From contig SUWE01000002.1 of NCBI GenBank assembly GCA_015061615.1, positions 30,023-94,022 of the forward strand: a stretch of DNA of 64,000 nt, written 5' to 3'. The position numbers and the translations under genes were made by a program. The notes under the pieces were generated by a model, which worked only from the letters and a program-made list of their open reading frames with translations, did not search any database and was not told the origin of the DNA. Source of the DNA: Lentisphaerota bacterium (lineage in GTDB: Bacteria > Verrucomicrobiota > Lentisphaeria > Victivallales > Victivallaceae). Positions 55,927 through 64,000 of the stretch are shown here, piece after piece; position 1 is the stretch's first letter; every line of letters begins with the position of its first letter.

Positions 55927-57009
55927 TTATTTACCAAATTCATCAAACTTCTGGGCAAATGCCGGATTCTGGAGTTTGATTTTTTCTGTTGCACGCACCA
56001 CCGCAAAGGCTTCTTCAGCAGTGATCGGGAATTTGACTCCTTCACGGATCGCCAGATAGACATGGTGATAAATGCACTCGGTGTTCCACTGATTGGCAGG
56101 CTCGACCATAATGGTCTTGCGGATCCACTTCCAGTTCGGACGCCAGCCGAAGGAACCGGTCAACGGCGGAGTATCAGCAGAAGCGACAGCATCAGTTCTG
56201 GCAAATTCCGGCGCCAGATAGCGCAGACGGATATCCTGTTCATCTTCGCAGATAAGTGAGCCGCGATCGCCGTAAACGGCATAAACCGGAGCGCTCAGCG
56301 CAACTGCACCGGAGATTTCGACATCAACGATCCTGCCGTTTTCTCCGCGGAAAATCATCTTGACCGTATCTTCGGCATCACCGAGACCGTTGATATTTTT
56401 CAAATCACTCCAGATATCCGCGACAGGAGACTCCAAAAGCTGAAGCGCATGATCGACCAGATGCGGTCCCCAGTTGTTCAGCTGACCGCCGCCGCACTCC
56501 ACGATAGCCTGCCAGTCGGCACGGTACTGGAAGTTGTGACGGCAGAGCTTGATTTCATAAACATTGCCCAGAATACCGCTGGCAATGATTTCACGGACAT
56601 GATTGAATGCCGGTTCAAAACGGCGGTTGTGACGGAAAAAGAGTTTTCCCGGATGCTCCTTCATCGCAACTTCAAGTTTATCAAGAGCTGCACTGGAAAG
56701 CGCAACAGGTTTTTCCAGAAAAACATATTTTCCCGCGTTGAGTGCGCGGATGGCATAGTCAATGTGCTGAGCAGAACGGACGGCAACGGAAACAAGTTCG
56801 ATTTCAGGATCACTCAAAAATGCCTCACCATCGCTGTAAGCCTTGGCTCCGGGAAAACGCTCTGCAAGTTTTTCCGCTCTGCTGAGGTCGATATCGCATC
56901 CGGCAACGATCTCAAATTCATCTTTGAACTGCTGAATTTCTTCAGTGTGCATTCCCCAACCGGCACGGCCGATTCCCCAAAGACCGACTTTAATTTTTTT
57001 GTCAGACAT
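55927..57009 (-). CDS. Gfo/Idh/MocA-family oxidoreductase
   Basis: IKVGLWGIGRAG Rossmann N-terminus and FLEKPVA motif. ATG 57009 has GGAG 7 nt upstream. Confidence 0.85.
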   Translation of the reverse strand: MSDKKIKVGLWGIGRAGWGMHTEEIQQFKDEFEIVAGCDIDLSRAEKLAERFPGAKAYSDGEAFLSDPEIELVSVAVRSAQHIDYAIRALNAGKYVFLEKPVALSSAALDKLEVAMKEHPGKLFFRHNRRFEPAFNHVREIIASGILGNVYEIKLCRHNFQYRADWQAIVECGGGQLNNWGPHLVDHALQLLESPVADIWSDLKNINGLGDAEDTVKMIFRGENGRIVDVEISGAVALSAPVYAVYGDRGSLICEDEQDIRLRYLAPEFARTDAVASADTPPLTGSFGWRPNWKWIRKTIMVEPANQWNTECIYHHVYLAIREGVKFPITAEEAFAVVRATEKIKLQNPAFAQKFDEFGK

Positions 57010-57102
57010 TTTTTTCTCCATTTTTATACGGTTTCAAATTTGAAATCACACAATGTTGATGCTATAATATAACCCGTAAGTGCGAGTTCGCAAATACAAA
57101 AA

Positions 57103-58983
57103 ATGAATTTTTTTACAAATCTTCACAAATTTACAGAGAAAAATATGCTGAAACTTATCCCCTGCCCCCAAAAAATGATAACCGGCAAACAAAATTTTCC
57201 TTTTTGCCGTCTGGAAAATATCATTCTGCCTGAAAAAACACCGCAGTCACTGCTCACCGCTGTAATCACTCTTGCCGATGATTTTGAAACTGCCGCAGGA
57301 AAACGTCTGCGTTTTGCAAAATCGGATATCGGAGGCAGAGGATTCCGTTTTCAATTTGTTTCCGGAAACAGTGAAAGCGAAGATTACTTGATTTCTGCTG
57401 ATGAGAATGGATTCACTGTAACATCATCAGGAGAAAAAGGGTTGTTTTATGCGGTTCAAACCATCCGCCAGATAATAAAAAGCGGAGAAGGAGTTTATCC
57501 TGAATTGACCATCGAAGATACTCCCGACTTCCCAGCCCGCGGCCTTTACCACGATATCACCCGCGGAGCAGTTCCGACTTTTGATTTTCTTTGCGCCCTG
57601 GCGGAAAAAATGGCATATTACAAGCTGAATCAGCTTCAACTTTATATCGAACATACCTTTGCCTTCGCCCGCCATTGTGAAATCTGGGCAGGCAGTGATC
57701 CGATAACTGCGGAAGAGATCATCAGACTTGACAACTTCTGTAAAGAAAGACATATTGAACTGGTTCCCTCGTTGTCAACATTCGGACACTGTTATATGCT
57801 GCTTAGAAGCAAACGCCTCCGTGATTTGAATGAGCTTGACGAAGATGCGTCACTCCTGCCGTTTTCATTCTATGAAAGAATGCGGCATTATACTTTGAAT
57901 TGTACCGATGAACGCTCGATTCTGCTGCTTGAGGAAATGCTCGGTGAATTTATTCCCCTGTTTTCCAGCAAATATTTCAACATCTGCTGCGATGAGACTT
58001 TCGACCTGGGAAAAGGGAAAAATGCGGAACTTGCAAAGAAAATCGGAACAACTGCTCTCTACACTGATTTTCTGCAAAAAATCATCGCGATCGTCCGCAA
58101 ACATGAGCGTCACGCAATGTTTTGGGGAGATATTATTGCCCAGCAGCCGGAGTTGATATCCACCCTGCCCGAAGGAACAGTTGCTTTGGAATGGGATTAC
58201 AGCAAAGACTCCCATATTTGGGACACTGCAAAATTGTCTCAACTCACCGAAAATTTCTATATCTGTCCGGGAACTTCTGTCTGGTTCGGCTGGGGCGCGA
58301 AAATCGACACTGCCCGGAGCAACATACTTTCCTACGCCCGCAAAGGAAAGAAATTCGGTGCAAAAGGATTGCTCAACACCAACTGGGGCGATTTCGGTAA
58401 TGTGAATTTGTTCACCCAGTCCATTTACGGAATGCTTTGCGGCGCCGCTGCCGCCTGGAATATTGATGGTGCAGAAGATTTTGAATACTTCAATTCAGCT
58501 TTGGACAAACTTGAGTTTGATGCCTGCGGCGTTTCGGAATTGTGGTACAAGTTCGCTGAAACAATGACTCTCCACTGGCTGGGTATCGAATTGCTCACAG
58601 ATACAGGGGAGAACGTAAAAAATGATATGTTTTTACAGAAATTGTATAATACGGATCCGGAAAAACTCCAAGCTGATATTACTGCACTCGAAGAGCTTTT
58701 TGAACAAATATCTATCAAACTTGCCTCCGCTCACCCTGCCGATAAACAAACAGTCCCGGAACTGCTTGCAGGTTTGAAAATGAGTATTCTCATGCACAAA
58801 ACAGCCTTGGCAATTTTGACCGGAGATAAAATTTATGCCCGTTGTGTTGCAGATGAGCTGCGCTCAATGGAACCGCGCATTTCAGCACTCTGGCATAAAC
58901 GCAACAAGCCGTCAGAATATTACCGTATCAAAGATGCGGTATTGAAACTTGCAGATAAACTTGATTCGCCGGATGAGTTATAA
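57103..58983 (+). CDS. Glycoside hydrolase family 20-like (beta-N-acetylhexosaminidase-like)
   Basis: DTPDFPARGLYHDITRG, YKLNQLQLYIEHTF, and the NICCDETFDLG (D-E catalytic pair context). The start could instead be ATG 57145. Confidence 0.7.
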   Translation: MNFFTNLHKFTEKNMLKLIPCPQKMITGKQNFPFCRLENIILPEKTPQSLLTAVITLADDFETAAGKRLRFAKSDIGGRGFRFQFVSGNSESEDYLISADENGFTVTSSGEKGLFYAVQTIRQIIKSGEGVYPELTIEDTPDFPARGLYHDITRGAVPTFDFLCALAEKMAYYKLNQLQLYIEHTFAFARHCEIWAGSDPITAEEIIRLDNFCKERHIELVPSLSTFGHCYMLLRSKRLRDLNELDEDASLLPFSFYERMRHYTLNCTDERSILLLEEMLGEFIPLFSSKYFNICCDETFDLGKGKNAELAKKIGTTALYTDFLQKIIAIVRKHERHAMFWGDIIAQQPELISTLPEGTVALEWDYSKDSHIWDTAKLSQLTENFYICPGTSVWFGWGAKIDTARSNILSYARKGKKFGAKGLLNTNWGDFGNVNLFTQSIYGMLCGAAAAWNIDGAEDFEYFNSALDKLEFDACGVSELWYKFAETMTLHWLGIELLTDTGENVKNDMFLQKLYNTDPEKLQADITALEELFEQISIKLASAHPADKQTVPELLAGLKMSILMHKTALAILTGDKIYARCVADELRSMEPRISALWHKRNKPSEYYRIKDAVLKLADKLDSPDEL

Positions 58984-59477
58984 TGGAATTTGAAGAATTG
59001 ACAACTCCGGAAAGTTTACAGGTGATCCGGAACATTGCCGCTGATGTATGGCCGAGGACTTTTGCAGAGATTCTTTCGCCGGAACAGATTTCTTATATGA
59101 TGAATATGATGTATGCGCCGGAAGTAATGGAAAGGGAATTGAAAGACGGCTGTCATTTTGAAACCGTCAAAATCAACAATGTTCCATCCGGATATTTTTC
59201 CTGGTCAAAATATGATCAATCCGGTACAGCCAAACTGCACAAAGTATATCTGAAACATGAATTTCATGGACAAGGCATCGGTTCAGCGATGCTCAAACAG
59301 GCGGAGCAGAAAATAAAAGCAGCCGGCTTCCGGAAAGTACGCCTCAATGTCAATAAAAATAACAGCAAAGCGATCCGGGCATACGAAAGAAATAATTTTG
59401 TCAATATTGAATCGGTAAAAATAGATATCGGCAACGGTTTCTTCATGGACGATTTCGTAATGGAAAAAACTCTATGA
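58983..59477 (+). CDS. GNAT-family N-acetyltransferase
   Basis: 164 aa. [24 protein letters not shown] (acetyl-CoA-binding Q/R-x-x-G-x-G/A motif). Confidence 0.85.
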   Translation: MEFEELTTPESLQVIRNIAADVWPRTFAEILSPEQISYMMNMMYAPEVMERELKDGCHFETVKINNVPSGYFSWSKYDQSGTAKLHKVYLKHEFHGQGIGSAMLKQAEQKIKAAGFRKVRLNVNKNNSKAIRAYERNNFVNIESVKIDIGNGFFMDDFVMEKTL

Positions 59478-59752
59478 ACAAGCTCCATTGCCGGAAAAAA
59501 TGCGGTGCGTGCTGTATTGCGCCATCCATATCATCACCGATCCCGGGAATGCCCGAAGGCAAACCGGCAGGAGTCCCATGTATAAATCTTGATGAGGATT
59601 TCCGCTGCAAAATTTTTAATTCCCCTGCCCGTCCGGCTGTTTGTGCGTCACTCCAGCCATCTTCAGAAATGTGCGGTTCCTGCCAAAAAGATGCAATGGA
59701 TTATCTGACAGAACTTGAAAAAGCAACTCAGCCGCAACCGCAAAAAAACTGA
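59474..59752 (+). CDS. YkgJ-family cysteine-cluster protein
   Basis: 92 aa. [13 protein letters not shown]-terminal C-x-x-x-C-x-x-C-C cluster plus later Cys residues. Confidence 0.7.
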   Translation: MNKLHCRKKCGACCIAPSISSPIPGMPEGKPAGVPCINLDEDFRCKIFNSPARPAVCASLQPSSEMCGSCQKDAMDYLTELEKATQPQPQKN

Positions 59753-59850
59753 ACAAATTTGCAAGATGCTCCTGTATACATACCGGTATTTTCAGGCGGG
59801 AAATTATCAAAAAGAGAAAAAATTTGCAAAAAAACATAAAAAAATCACTT

Positions 59851-59879
59851 TTGACACTTGCATTTTCAGCATATATATG
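59851..59879 (+). promoter_or_regulatory. Candidate sigma70-type promoter upstream of the GcvH-like gene
   Basis: TTGACA (59851-59856), a 17-nt spacer, then TATATG (59874-59879). Sequence pattern only. Confidence 0.3.
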
Positions 59880-59947
59880 TTCCATTATGCAACAGAGTGA
59901 TTGCAAGCCGGATTTTTTACCGGAAAATTAAATTCAGGAGCGTTTGA

Positions 59948-60319
59948 ATGAAGTACTATACAGAGGATCACGAGTGGGTGGAAATTATCGGAGAAACCGC
60001 TTTGGTCGGAATTTCCCAGTTTGCCAGCGATTTGTATGGTGAAGTAAGCTTTGTTGATCTGCCGGACGAAGGGGATGATTTAATTATCGGTGATAAACTT
60101 TGCAGTTTGGAAACTGACCGTTATTCAGTTGAACTTTGTGCCCCCATCAGCGGCTCAATATCCATCGTCAATGAATCCCTCGCCGATGAACCGGAATTAT
60201 TGAATGATTCCCCGGAGGATAAGGGGTGGATCTGTAAAATGACCGATTTTGATGCTTCCGAACTTGATGATATGATGAATGAAGATGATTATTTCAAATA
60301 TCTTGACACATTGGAATAA
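59948..60319 (+). CDS. Glycine-cleavage H-protein-like protein lacking the lipoyl-lysine
   Basis: 123 aa. YTEDHEWVEI...VGISQFA...VDLP is the GcvH fold. The segment SLETDRYSVELCAPISG aligns to the canonical AESVKAASDIYAPVSG, so the lipoylated Lys is Arg here. Confidence 0.75.
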   Translation: MKYYTEDHEWVEIIGETALVGISQFASDLYGEVSFVDLPDEGDDLIIGDKLCSLETDRYSVELCAPISGSISIVNESLADEPELLNDSPEDKGWICKMTDFDASELDDMMNEDDYFKYLDTLE

Positions 60320-60358
60320 AGATATTTGTTGCATTTTCAGAGAAAGGTGCAGCTCTAT

Positions 60359-60643
60359 ATGCAGGAACGCGTGATCACAGTTCGTAATAATGCGGGGATC
60401 CACTGCCGCCCGTCGGGGGTGATCCTGTCGGCAATAAAAAAGGAATTTCCTGACCACAGCTTTCAGTTGCAGACCGCAGACGGGAGCGTTACCGAACTCG
60501 ACAGTATCCTTGATCTGATTTCACTGGCGTTGTCCAAAGGAACTTCTGCAACGTTGCAAGTAGAGGGCATAGATGAAGATCGTGCCATAAAACGTATCGG
60601 AGATCTTTTTGAATTTGAGTTTGACTTTCCGCCTAAAAAATGA
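60359..60643 (+). CDS. ptsH: HPr-family phosphocarrier protein
   Basis: ATG 60359 (MQERVITVRNNAGIHCRPSG). The active-site His context G-I-H-x-R-P is present. Length is about 94 aa. Confidence 0.8.
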   Translation: MQERVITVRNNAGIHCRPSGVILSAIKKEFPDHSFQLQTADGSVTELDSILDLISLALSKGTSATLQVEGIDEDRAIKRIGDLFEFEFDFPPKK

Positions 60644-62436
60644 TCAAACAGTTTATTGCCGCCATAAAATCTTCACCCGGCAAGTGGATATTCATTCTTA
60701 CAGCCGCAACAGGACTACTGTTGCGGTTTGAGTATTTGCGGGAGTATTCAAATCTGGTGCATTTTCCATTTGCACTGGGACCGGATGTTATGGAGTATGA
60801 TGAACGTGCAAAGGAGTTGCTCAATGGAATAATATTCCCCGATACTCCTGAAATACATGCACCCCTTTACAGCTTGTTTCTCGCATTCTGGTACAAACTT
60901 TTCAGCTATTCAATCGCAGCTGTCAGAGGGATCCAGCTTTTTTTGAATTGGGGAGCTTTCGTTGCAACAGCGCTTTTGGTACGCAAACTTTCCTCATCAT
61001 GGAAATTGGCAACAATATTTCTTGCACTGGCGTTGTTTACACCGGTTCTTTTTTTTCATCAGGCAGAATTGATTTCAGAGTCATTGCTTGCCCCGCTTTC
61101 AGCAGCTTTACTCTGGCTGCTTTATCGTGCAGATAAAAGACAACGCAATTATTTCGGAGCCGGGATCATTATCGGTTTAATGGTGCTTACCCATGGCTTG
61201 ATGAACTTCATATTGCTTGCAGAAGCCGGATACTTTATAATAAAAAAACAATGGAAAAATGCCATTCTTATTTTTTCCGGAGCAATAATCGTTACCGGCG
61301 GTGTGATTGCCGTCAAATCGCTCCATTACCGTAAATTCACCCCGATACAATCCAACAGCATGTTCAATTTGTGGATAGGTCACAATCCTGATGCGACAGG
61401 GGGTTGTTATCTGCCGCCGGGCAAATGGGCAAAAGAACGGGAAAAACTGATTACCGCAGGTGCAGAACATAATACTTCATTTGATAAAATTATTCTCGAA
61501 GATATTCTGCATTTTTACAAACATTCCCCTCAACAGTTTGCGCTCCTGCCGCTGAAAAAACTTGCCCTGCTTCTTTCGCCTGAAGAAGCAATTTCAGGAG
61601 CGGATTCAATGTATCTGATATTATTGACCAAAGTCCAGAGAGCAGGAACCGGAATGATGGCGGCAGTTATTCTGCTTGCGTTGTGCGGAACATACTTTCT
61701 CTGCAAAAGAAAAAAATCGGAATACATACACTTTTATATTACCGGCGGAGCATTGTGTGCAGGATTGCTTTTGACGGTAGTCTCCGGAAGATACCGGCAG
61801 GGATTGATGCCGGCATTACTGCTGCTTGCTGCTGCCGGAGCATTCCATCTGGGCAAAAAAGCATGGTTCGTGATCATTCCGTGCGTTATCGGCGGAGCAT
61901 TGCTGATTCCGCCGTTGTCAGGAGGGATTCAGCGCAACGGGCGGGCAGCATCGATTCTCGGCGAAGCGCATTTCCGGTTAAAAGAGTTCAGACAGGCGCA
62001 GGAACTGCTGCAAATCGCAGAACGCCACGACGATCATCCGGAGCGTTTTGACAACATGCTCGGCGCAATAGCTGAAGAACAGGGGAACATACTCATTGCA
62101 TCTGTCCGCTATACTCAGGCAATCGAAAAAGCCCCCGGACACCCGGATGGCTACCTCAACAAAGGGCATCTTTACTTTTACAACTTTCCCGAAGACAGGG
62201 AAATCGCACTGCAACTGATAAAAGCAGCCCTTGCACGAAAATCCGATCTGCCATCGGCATACGATATGCTCGGTCAGGATATGGCACAGAAAAAGGATTA
62301 CTCCGGAGCATTAAAGATGTTTGAACAGGCATCATTCTATGATCCGGACAATGAGTTATACAAGAAAAAAATTGAACTTTGCCGCACTTTGGCAAAAGAA
62401 AGAGGTAAAAATGCACCTGAATCCGGTAATCGTTAA
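60640..62436 (+). CDS. Polytopic membrane glycosyltransferase (GT-C fold, PMT_2/ArnT-like) with C-terminal TPR repeats
   Basis: 598 aa. About 10 TM helices, with a first-loop acidic motif GPDVMEYDERA. The C-terminal ~170 aa are TPR-like (AHFRLKEFRQAQELLQIA..., YDMLGQDMAQKKDYSGALKMFEQA). ATGA overlap with the HPr gene. Confidence 0.55.
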   Translation: MIKQFIAAIKSSPGKWIFILTAATGLLLRFEYLREYSNLVHFPFALGPDVMEYDERAKELLNGIIFPDTPEIHAPLYSLFLAFWYKLFSYSIAAVRGIQLFLNWGAFVATALLVRKLSSSWKLATIFLALALFTPVLFFHQAELISESLLAPLSAALLWLLYRADKRQRNYFGAGIIIGLMVLTHGLMNFILLAEAGYFIIKKQWKNAILIFSGAIIVTGGVIAVKSLHYRKFTPIQSNSMFNLWIGHNPDATGGCYLPPGKWAKEREKLITAGAEHNTSFDKIILEDILHFYKHSPQQFALLPLKKLALLLSPEEAISGADSMYLILLTKVQRAGTGMMAAVILLALCGTYFLCKRKKSEYIHFYITGGALCAGLLLTVVSGRYRQGLMPALLLLAAAGAFHLGKKAWFVIIPCVIGGALLIPPLSGGIQRNGRAASILGEAHFRLKEFRQAQELLQIAERHDDHPERFDNMLGAIAEEQGNILIASVRYTQAIEKAPGHPDGYLNKGHLYFYNFPEDREIALQLIKAALARKSDLPSAYDMLGQDMAQKKDYSGALKMFEQASFYDPDNELYKKKIELCRTLAKERGKNAPESGNR

Positions 62437-62764
62437 AACTGTGGTACTCCTGCTGCTGTCAAACTGTTTTATGACTTATGCGTGGTACGGACACCTGAAA
62501 AAGCTCAATTCCAAACCGCTCATTATCGCGGTTCTGATAAGCTGGGGAATAGCATTTTTTGAATATCTGATACAGGTTCCTGCCAATCGCATCGGACATG
62601 ACGGACACCTTACACTGGCACAGTTGAAGATTTTGCAGGAAATCATCTCGCTGAGTGTTTTTGTACCGTTCAGCATTCTTTTCATGGGAGAACCGCTGCG
62701 CTGGAACTTTCTCTATGCTGCGATCTGCATGGTGGGTGCAGTTTACTTTATATTCAAATCCTGA
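62411..62764 (+). CDS. DUF486 (DMT-superfamily) small membrane protein
   Basis: ATG 62411 follows AGAGG. 117 aa with 4 TM helices. CFMTYAWYGHLK and IQVPANRIG motifs. Confidence 0.7.
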   Translation: MHLNPVIVKTVVLLLLSNCFMTYAWYGHLKKLNSKPLIIAVLISWGIAFFEYLIQVPANRIGHDGHLTLAQLKILQEIISLSVFVPFSILFMGEPLRWNFLYAAICMVGAVYFIFKS

Positions 62765-64000
62765 TCAAAAAGAATCTGCTTCTCTGACCAGACCGCGGTA
62801 AAGTTTGAATATATCAGCGGCAGAAACAAATCCCATAAATTTTCCATTGCGCTTTTTTACCGGCAGATTATCCTGGGAAGTTTTTTCAAGCAGGGAAACT
62901 GCTCTTGAAAGATCGTCATCTTCATCAAGAACAATACGGGGTGTTTCCATAAGATCAAACACCAGCATCGTTTCAGCAAATTGCGGATCAAAAAGAACCG
63001 GTGTTATCTGCTCAAGCCGCACAACCCCGAGAAGTTCACCGGTTGAACCCAGAACCGGGAAAAACTCTGTTTTAGGAGAGTTTTCAATTATTTTACGCAG
63101 TTGTTTCATGGATAATTCAGGTGCAAGCGGAGTAAATTCAGGCGTGATACAAACGCGGACAGAAAGAGTCCGGAGCATCGCCTGATCCCGGTCATCAGAA
63201 AGAAGATCCGCTTCTGCAAGCGCCTTGCGATAAATAGAATGCTGCTCAAAAAGTCTGGCAACAGCATAAGCAACACCGGAAACGATCATCAGCGGCACAA
63301 GAAGAATATAACTGAAAGTAACTTCAGCGATCAAAAACACTCCGGTCAACGGAGCGCGCAGCACGGCTGAAAAAACTCCGCACATTCCGATAACGACAAA
63401 GTTTTCTTCCTGCAAAACGACGATACCGGTCAAATTTATCAATCTGGCAAACGCGAATCCGGCAAAAGCTCCGACAAACATTGCCGGAGCAAAAATACCG
63501 CCGTCTCCACCGGATTCAACGGTAAGAGCCGAAACTGCCGCTTTGATAAGAACAGCCGCTGCAATTATCAATGTCAGAGCAACCGGAAACGGCAGCTTGG
63601 CAATAAGCGGACAGTTGTTCAACAACGCTTCCATATCTCCTTTGAAAAGGCGGGTGATAAAAAAGTACCCCTGCCCCCGAAGCACAGGAAAAACAGCCAG
63701 CACTGCACAAAGGATCAAACCGCCGGCAAAAACACGGCGCCAGGGAGATGCAAGTTTCTTTTTCAGAACAGCTGTCAGAAAATATACACTGCGGATGACA
63801 ATCACACCGATAACAGCGCAGAATATACCGCAGAGGAAATAGAACGGAATGGCATCAAGCCGCCACTGGGGATTTATCACAAACAAAACCTGTTCATGGT
63901 GAAAAAACGCTCTGGAAACAACCATTGCCACAGCACTGGAAATAAGCATCGGCACCAGAGCCGCCACACTGAACTCCGGCAGAAGAACTTCAATAGCAAA
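62765..64000 (-). CDS. ClC-family chloride channel / H+-Cl- antiporter with C-terminal CBS pair (5' end outside the window)
   Basis: GGDGGIFAPAMFVGA, GVFSAVLRAPLTG, and C-terminal CBS-like domains. The frame stays open from 63967 to the window edge at 64000. Confidence 0.85.
   Translation of the reverse strand, partial: FAIEVLLPEFSVAALVPMLISSAVAMVVSRAFFHHEQVLFVINPQWRLDAIPFYFLCGIFCAVIGVIVIRSVYFLTAVLKKKLASPWRRVFAGGLILCAVLAVFPVLRGQGYFFITRLFKGDMEALLNNCPLIAKLPFPVALTLIIAAAVLIKAAVSALTVESGGDGGIFAPAMFVGAFAGFAFARLINLTGIVVLQEENFVVIGMCGVFSAVLRAPLTGVFLIAEVTFSYILLVPLMIVSGVAYAVARLFEQHSIYRKALAEADLLSDDRDQAMLRTLSVRVCITPEFTPLAPELSMKQLRKIIENSPKTEFFPVLGSTGELLGVVRLEQITPVLFDPQFAETMLVFDLMETPRIVLDEDDDLSRAVSLLEKTSQDNLPVKKRNGKFMGFVSAADIFKLYRGLVREADSF

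Noticed and set aside
59753-59947. Glycine riboswitch or other leader upstream of the GcvH-like gene.
   Set aside because: Only about 65 nt lie between the candidate promoter and the ATG. I could not find the conserved glycine-riboswitch core. The gene is not part of a gcvT/gcvP operon.

Overview
This is a 64-kb chromosomal segment from a mid-GC Gram-negative bacterium. It is probably a PVC-group organism (Lentisphaerota/Victivallales-like). That guess rests only on an H-X9-DG protein, repeated Gfo/Idh/MocA plus xylose-isomerase-fold pairs, and general gene content. I call about 55 protein genes. I saw no rRNA, tRNA, CRISPR array or transposase. Most of the window is housekeeping: gnd, panE, yggS, cysE, yicC, nadD, rsfS, a DEAD-box helicase, recX, apgM, ftsH, dprA, recN, cinA, pdxK, aspS, HPr, plus transporters and sugar-catabolism genes. 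Five parts stand out. (1) A 1.37-kb GC-rich non-coding composite palindrome (141-1510) fills a whole convergent intergenic gap. It contains nested duplicated modules and 9-nt tandem cassettes. (2) An 8.4-kb accessory block (17.8-26.2 kb) is bounded by strong terminators. It holds a translationally coupled OLD-like ATPase/Toprim-like gene plus a UvrD-like helicase (Gabija / class-2 OLD-like, with non-canonical catalytic motifs). It also holds a WYL regulator followed by an HD(SpoT-like hydrolase)-ADP-ribosylglycohydrolase fusion, and a divergent three-gene ankyrin operon. A shared 21-nt operator-like motif occurs at both ends of the WYL gene. (3) Two tandem giant AIDA-type repeat proteins (762 and 1528 aa) have neither a signal peptide nor a beta-barrel. 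They end in FG-GAP/VCBS propellers and are preceded by two small paralogous repeat proteins. (4) An SDR gene carries a one-base frameshift in a sugar-acid cluster next to a LarA-like gene. (5) Smaller oddities include a GcvH-like protein whose lipoyl-lysine is replaced by Arg, a PurN-like/DUF2062 fusion, and a recurrent exact 13-mer near gene 3' ends. All functional calls come from by-eye motif recognition. No database search or computation was run.
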